From contig OX597830.1 of assembly GCA_951406725.2 (NCBI GenBank), positions 70,494,001 through 70,558,000 on the forward strand: 64,000 nt of DNA, written 5' to 3'. The notes beneath the pieces are model-generated. The model saw nothing but the letters and a program-made list of their open reading frames with translations, ran no database searches and was not told the origin of the DNA. The position numbers and the translations under genes are program-made. Source of the DNA: Octopus vulgaris (Eukaryota). Position 1 is the stretch's first letter. Each line of letters begins with the position of its first letter. Positions 56,712-64,000 of this stretch are shown here, in pieces.

Positions 56712-56987
56712 TGCAAGGCCGCTCTCGAGCTGAAATTGTAAAAAATGAAAATAAGAGAATTCCACACACACACGCGCACACACATATGTATGTATGTTGA
56801 TATATATTCTCTTGTTTTTCGTTTTACTAGTCTCAGCTGGAAAGCTGCGGCCATGTTGGGGCCAGCTGTTAGCTCTGCTGTACTACTTGAAACTTCCTCT
56901 GATATCTGGTATTTGGTGTAGGATGGAGTTTGATATTGCTACCTTGTTCTGCGTTTCCTGGATCGAGGTAAGTTCATCCTCAATTCT

Positions 56988-57086
<99 letters not shown>

Positions 57087-57197
57087 TTTGTTTGTGTGTG
57101 TGTATATATATACATATATACACATATGTATGCATGTATATATATATATATGTATATATATATGTGTGGATGTGTGTGTGTTTGTGTGTGTGTGTGT

Positions 57198-57564
57198 AGG
57201 AATGGTAAGTAGCTTGTTTACCAACCACATGGTTCTGGGTTCATTCCCACTGCATGGCACCTTGGGCAAGTGTCTTCTACTATAGCCTCGGGCCGACCAA
57301 AGACTTGTGAGTGGATTTGGTAGACGGAAACTGAAAGAACCCCGTTGTATATATGTATATATGTATGTGTGTGTATATGTTTGTGTATCTGTGTTTGTCC
57401 CCCCAACAGCGCTTGACAGCTGATGCTGGTGTGTTTACGTCCCCGTATCTTAGCGGTTCGAATAAGTACTAGGCTTACAAAGAATAAGTCCTGGGAGTCG
57501 ATTTGCTCGACTAAAGGCGGTGCTCCAGCATAGCCACAGTCAAATAACTGAAACAAGTAAAGAG

Positions 57565-57565
<1 letters not shown>
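57198..57565 (+). mobile_element. SINE group C
   Basis: All modules recognisable. Confidence 0.9.
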
Positions 57566-57603
<38 letters not shown>

Positions 57604-57997
57604 CACATGCGTTTGCACTGACATTGTGTCTTTGAAATTTCACATGAAAGGCATCGATCAGTCATCGACTAGACCATTGTTGAATAGCACGTGGTCAAGA
57701 CGCCTTGCACTGGTATTTGATCCCGAGACCTCCTGGTTGCTAAGTGAACTTATTAGCCGTCTAATATATAGTAATTGGTAGAACGAATGAATTAGACAAG
57801 GAAAAACAAATATAAAGAAACAAATACCAAAATATATTCTGCAACAAACACAATGGAATAAATAAATTGAATAAAAAGATCTTGGGAAAGATCTAACCAA
57901 AATCTTTCCTTTCTCCAACTCCGCCCCATTTCGCCCTCCGACCCATACTACTACGGAAGCAGCATCAAAAACAGCATCACCATCAGTAACAACCACA

Positions 57998-58030
<33 letters not shown>

Positions 58031-58123
58031 GCTGCTGTTGCTGCTGCTGCTGCCACCAAGTTTTCCACCCACCACCAAATTCCCAACATGTGCACCAGAA
58101 TCACAGACATCATTTAAATAGCA

Positions 58124-58172
<49 letters not shown>

Positions 58173-58248
58173 TTTCCACGTCTTCGAGCCCTCTACTTAC
58201 TACAAATTCCTGATATGTACACTACAATCATGGATACCACTTAAACTG

Positions 58249-58297
<49 letters not shown>

Positions 58298-58407
58298 AAG
58301 GAATAGTAGTAGTAATTGCCGTGGTGGTGATGGTAGTGATGATAGTGGTGGTGGTGGTGGTAGTCGTGGTGGTGGTGGTGGTGGCGGTGGTAGTGGCGGT
58401 GGTAGTG

Positions 58408-58454
<47 letters not shown>

Positions 58455-59042
58455 GGTGGTGGTAGTAGTCTGAAAATTGCTTTCTAATTAGAGCTTGTTT
58501 ACGCGAATAATCCGTAAGTGAAAGTTTAGTTCGTTTTGTCAGAGTTGGATTTGAGCCGCGTTTCGCTGTCTCTTTGTTTGTCAATAAAACAGATAGTTTT
58601 CGAATTCAGATGTCAATACAAGCAATTACTGTCACATTTCCATTAGCCTCGAACAACTAACAAAAGCTCTGTACATTATAGCATGAAGATTTACGGCCAG
58701 ATATCTGTTCGTTTGCAAAATGCATTTAATAGTAGTGTGGCGTAGAAACAGGCGCTTAAAGGGAGCTTGTTCTTGTGATGTTAACGGTGCGTACGAGCTA
58801 TCTTTTATTCTAAGAGGATAAATGTTATTAATCTTTCAGGACAATATACAAAGCTTTGTTTAAGTCAATATTTTATCTGGCACCTAATCCGCCGAAAATT
58901 CATAGCTAATCTCGATGTTTGTAAGTACTTTTCAGTATAACTTTATCAAATGTTATTTTACTGAGTAAAAGTCGAAAAAGACAATGGAAACAGTTAGAGA
59001 CAGACATATCCAATATCTATATCTATACAGACACACACACAA

Positions 59043-59104
<62 letters not shown>

Positions 59105-59575
59105 GAGGGAGAGAGCGAGAGAGAGAGAGAGAGGTCTTACGTGATGTCAATTTTGGATAATTTTTTTGAGACACATCACAGTTATTTTTTATTTTTTATA
59201 TTTAGTTATTTAGTTATATATTTAAAGTCTGTTGCCGAGAAAATGCTGGACATGTAATAACTGTCAATAGTCAGCTAGGGGTCTTAAGAAATTGTTCCTT
59301 CCCATTTGTAGAGAAATTCATTTATCTTCTTCTATTTGTAGATGAGTAGATGATGTCATGTTTGGAGACAAATGCATCGAGAGAAATTACTGCACACACA
59401 CAAACACACATCTGTATATAACAATATATGTATACATATATATACAGAAACATATATGTATGTATATGTATTCATATATATATTCATATGTATATATATA
59501 TGTGTGTATATATATACACACATATATATATGTTTATATATATACGTATATATATACATGCATATATATATATAT

Positions 59576-59609
<34 letters not shown>

Positions 59610-59664
59610 ATATGTATATATTATAGCAACACCAACAGCAATAATAGGGTTAATAATAATAATT

Positions 59665-60075
59665 CTTTCTGCTATAAGAACAAGGCCTGAATCCTGGTGG
59701 GTCAGGGGCAAGTCGATTACATCGGCCCCAGTGCTCAACTGGTACTTATTTTATCGATCCCGAAAGGATGAAAGTCATAGCCAACCTCGGCGGAATTTGA
59801 TGCTAGACCATAAAAACGGACAAAATGCTTAGTGGCATTCTGACCGGCGTGCTAACGTTTCTGCCAATAATAATAATAATAATTCCTGCTACTAAAGGCA
59901 CAAGACCTAAAATTTTGAGGGTGGAAACTAGTCGATTACATCGAAGCCAGTATTTCACTGGTACTCAATTTATCGACCCTAAAAGGATGAAAGGCAAAGT
60001 CAACCTCGGCGGAACTTGAACTCAGAATGTAGAGACGGACGAAATGCCACGGCGTGTAAAGAATTCTGCGAGCTG
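59665..60075 (-). mobile_element. Two tandem SINE group B variant copies
   Basis: Two repeats of caaggcc...gtcgattacatcg...aaaggatgaaag...cctcggcggaa. Confidence 0.8.
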
Positions 60076-60338
60076 CATGTTTGTATGTGTGTTTATATAT
60101 ATATATATATATATATATATGGAGAGAGAGAGAAAGAGAGAGAGAGAGCTAGATATATAGATAGATAAATAGATAGATATACATATGTGTGTTTGTGTTT
60201 GTATGTATATTTAGAGAGAGAAATAATACATACACATGTGCACACGCTCACACTCACACACACGTAGGCACACACACACACACACACACGAGCCCACACT
60301 CAGAGAAACAGTGCCTATGTGTGTGTGAGTATATATAT

Positions 60339-60372
<34 letters not shown>

Positions 60373-60382
60373 GTACACACAC

Positions 60383-60452
<70 letters not shown>

Positions 60453-60704
60453 TTGTACATACATATTTTAAACAGATCCTGCGACGAAACTGCAGTACCG
60501 CAGATGACGCCTATTAGCCGTAAGTGGTAAAGGTGCTCTGAATGCACTCTACCAGGGACATATCTTAAACAATATTTGGATACTGCATTTTAAAGCTTCC
60601 TATCTAAACCGTAATTTTAAATAAAACCTACACACACACGCACGCCCCACCACAATCACACATACGTACGTATGTATGTATGTATGTATGTATGTATGTA
60701 TGTA

Positions 60705-60778
<74 letters not shown>

Positions 60779-60882
60779 CCGGAGTAAACACATAAATGTG
60801 AAACAAGGTGGAAAAAAGAGTACTCAAATACCAGTGGTAGAGTAATATGCTTTATTTTAAGCAGCAGAAAATTCAACAAAAT

Positions 60883-60920
60883 TTGTTACTCTGAGTTTCT
60901 CGTTGCCGTTCATCAGACAG
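60883..60920 (-). ncRNA. Minimal type I hammerhead motif (mirror copy)
   Basis: Reverse-complement copy of 60937-60974 with one stem I change. Confidence 0.65.
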
Positions 60921-60936
60921 TTTTTGCTAGCAAAAA

Positions 60937-60974
60937 CTGTCTGATGAACGGCAACGAGAAACTCAGAGTAACAG
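60937..60974 (+). ncRNA. Minimal type I hammerhead ribozyme motif
   Basis: ctgt-CTGATGA-acg-gcaa-cga-GAAA-ctcagag-TA-acag. Intact core, perfect stem I, GNRA-capped stem II, quasi-palindromic stem III. Confidence 0.75.
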
Positions 60975-61037
60975 ATTTTGTTGAATTTTCTGCTGCTTAA
61001 AATAAAGTATATATATATATATATATATGTATGTATA

Positions 61038-61255
61038 GGCGGCGAGCTGGCAGAATCGTTAGCACGCCGGGCGAAGTTCGTCTGCCGTTACGTTCTGAGG
61101 TCAAATTCCGCCGAGGTCGACTTTGCTTTTCATCCTTTCGGGGTCGAAAAATTAAGTACCAGTTACGCACTGGGGCCGATGTACGCACTGGGGTCGATGT
61201 AATCGGCTCAATCCGTTTGTCCCCTCTGTTTTTAGCTCTTTGTGGGTAGTAAATA
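61038..61255 (+). mobile_element. SINE group B
   Basis: Head and body with a short internal duplication (tacgcactgggg twice). Confidence 0.9.
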
Positions 61256-61256
61256 A

Positions 61257-61304
<48 letters not shown>

Positions 61305-61920
61305 TCATGCACACACACACACACACACACACACACTGCGTGGTTCTCACTGGTGTGATCGAACCAGGAGCAGTTTGTCTGTGTCTTTGTGTCTAGGTCA
61401 GCCCTTCTCTGCGCTGCTTGTCAACAGGTGTTGTTAAACTTACGTTACTGTAAATTAGCGGTTTGTTGAAAGGGCCGTTAGGAAACGTACAAGATTTAAA
61501 GGAACGTATGTATTGTGGTCAATTTGTTCGACTAAATTCTTTCTGGGCATGCAGCATGACTGCAGTGTTATGACTGAAGCAACTAAATGAAAAGGAGAGA
61601 GATAAACCTCTTAATAACTCGGTTTAATCCAGAGAAAGAGAGCCGAATTTACTGCACCATCTTTATGTAACTACACACCGGTTGCATACCTATGATTTTT
61701 GCACATATCAACTGCAAATTATGATTATTACTGAACTCTTGGTTTCCTGAATTAGTTGTCGAGTTAAGACATTACTCATTCACTTAGTATATGTATTTGT
61801 TCGCGTTTATTATGTATTTATTATGCTCCATATACATATACGTACACACATATATGTAAGTATGTATGTATGTATGTATGTATGTATAATCAAAATAAGC
61901 AACAGGTTATCATGTAGTGA

Positions 61921-62006
61921 TGCAGTACGATCGTTTCAAGCGACTGCATTTAATTGAAAAATGCAATCATTACATCAATTTAAATACAGTGCCATTATCA
62001 GCTGCA
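61921..62006 (-). ncRNA. Type I hammerhead motif with G8A core change
   Basis: Minus strand: tgcag-CTGATAA-tggcactgtatttaaattga...tcaattaaatgcagtcgctt-GAAA-cgatcg-TA-ctgca. 5-bp stem I, long stem II, palindromic stem III. Confidence 0.65.
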
Positions 62007-62038
62007 GAAGTAAATAGAATTTTAACCAGAAGGACACA

Positions 62039-62069
<31 letters not shown>

Positions 62070-62072
<3 letters not shown>

Positions 62073-62190
62073 CGGGATCAGCCATCTGAATGTGGCTAGG
62101 GACAGGGCGGGGTGGTGGGGGTGTTACTGATGCATTTAGCCCCACCACCCCGCCCTGTCCCTAGCCACATTCAGATGGCTGATCCCGCTT
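62070..62190. repeat. Perfect 51-bp inverted repeat with 19-nt spacer
   Basis: Arms 62070-62120 and 62140-62190. Confidence 0.95.
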
Positions 62191-62238
62191 ATATTACAGA
62201 GCAGTTACTGTTTATACCTCGCTCAGAGATTTATTATT

Positions 62239-62381
<143 letters not shown>

Positions 62382-62571
62382 TTGGATAGTCTTGACAACT
62401 TGGTATAAATATTTATTTTCGAGGATATTAATATTAATTTTAATGATTATTTTATCCATCCATCCATACATACATATATACACACACATACATACATACA
62501 TACATACATACATACATACATACATACATACATACATACATACATACATACATACATACATGCATACATAC

Positions 62572-62664
<93 letters not shown>

Positions 62665-63239
62665 ACAATAATTGCGGCGCGGAAGGTGTTTAAAAGCCAT
62701 TTAAAAACAGCGTAGGCACAGACGGACAGTCTGACATAAAGTGAAAGTATATCGATCTCCGACGGCAGACGCCATATGTATTCTGTTGTCCAATGAACTG
62801 AACTACCAGATCATAGGCTTTGTCCGTAAGTGGCTGCGTATTCCGCGGGCTTGTGTACTCTTAATATAATCTCCCTGCAGAATCAGTGTGACATTCTTTG
62901 TGACAAAGCAAGATTTTAAAATTAAAGTAAAATTCATCCTAGTGGCATCTGCATAATTCCTCCAACTCATGTTTACTCATAAAGGTATGAAAAAAGTTAC
63001 CAGCGTCCAGCAACAGTGAAAAAATTAATTTGCCTGCGCATAACGTAAATTATGCAGGAGATATGAGCCTTTTGCATAGAGTCTGGTTCATTCCATTCTA
63101 TATGAGCGTAAAAAGAAATGAAAATGGTAGTAAGACATGATATACATGATATACACGAAGTGTGTGAATATTAAGTTTTTAGTGGTACTTGACTCGTTGG
63201 AGAATGTCTAGAAATTAAGGAAGGCATAGAAAGCAACTT

Positions 63240-63910
63240 GGTACAAATAAAATTCCTGGATATACAATGCCCGTGCGCTCTAATTTCAATAAATAAGCAT
63301 TCTTATAGAAAACATAAATGTATCGCTTGTAGGCATTACAGAGAATGCATTCAATGCCAAAAGTTCTTATTTAGAAGAGCATTTAGTCTCTCCTACGCAA
63401 ACAATGTTCCACAAAAAGAAATCTATAGAACAAACTAAACCAAACTCTAATCAATAATGGTTATTCTAACAAACTAATACACCAAACTATAGAACAATCC
63501 AAATAGAAATATAGAGCAACGAACATGCGACACAATATCTATTTAAAGCACACAAACTACACATAAAATGTATTATATAAACCTAATGCGTACTAACTAT
63601 AAAATAGATCAACACATGGAAAGCCTCGTAAAAAGCAACATAAAGTGCATTACGCCAAACTATAAACTAACATTAATAATCTACAACAATACAAACCGCT
63701 GAAGTTTAAAACCTTATCGATAACAAACCACGAGCGTATAAACCCGCAAGTGATCTACTAATGCCCAGCATGGTTTATAAATCCGATTGTAAACATGAAA
63801 CTTGAGGACTTCATGACACCCACTGTCATATTTGTCCATATACGCGCGAAAATCCTTCGCTGGATCATTATTGGGCGTACAGTTCAGGGCGATTGTAATG
63901 CACCTATACA
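63240..63910 (+). mobile_element. Highly decayed Penelope-like RT-thumb/GIY-YIG fragment
   Basis: IKFLDI ... RRAFSLS ... LINNGYS ... KLTLIIY ... MVYKSDC ... AIVMHL across frameshifts. Confidence 0.55.
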
Positions 63911-63931
63911 AGATTGTAATGCACCTGTACT

Positions 63932-64000
63932 AGGCACACGGCCTAGTGGTTTTGAGCAGCGGACTCGCGGTCGAGGGATCGCGGGTTCGAATCTCAGACC
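63932..64000 (+). mobile_element. SINE group D head 1, truncated by the window end
   Basis: ggcacacggcctagtggttttgagcagcggactcgcggtcgagggatcgcgggttcgaatctc. Confidence 0.85.

Larger units (their letters stand above)
60850..61007. repeat. 158-bp spacer-less palindrome (79-bp arms, 1 mismatch)
   Basis: Centre gct|agc at 60928/60929. Confidence 0.95.

Overview
AT-rich eukaryotic DNA dominated by microsatellites and interspersed repeats. The repeat complement looks like an octopus (coleoid cephalopod) genome; this is inferred from recognisable SINE families and extreme (TA)n/(CA)n/(TAGA)n density, not from a search. No host protein-coding gene can be called confidently, and nearly all listed ORFs are microsatellite translations. 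The window holds three tRNA-headed SINE groups (labelled B, C and D here) in dozens of copies, including 184-bp-period tandem arrays and head/tail-shuffled chimeras. It also holds decayed retrotransposon ORFs: a Neptune-like Penelope RT/GIY-YIG element at 53425-55150, a second Penelope fragment, and HERO-like, CR1-like and RTE-like pieces. The most notable signal is a set of type I hammerhead-ribozyme motifs with palindromic stem III: six good loci (one doubled in a 158-bp palindrome) and three degenerate ones. They belong to unrelated sequence families and mostly lie in short elements embedded in microsatellites with inverted or direct repeats, which suggests diverse microsatellite-associated Penelope-derived or retrozyme-like elements. 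All structures were read by eye, and repeat boundaries are approximate.
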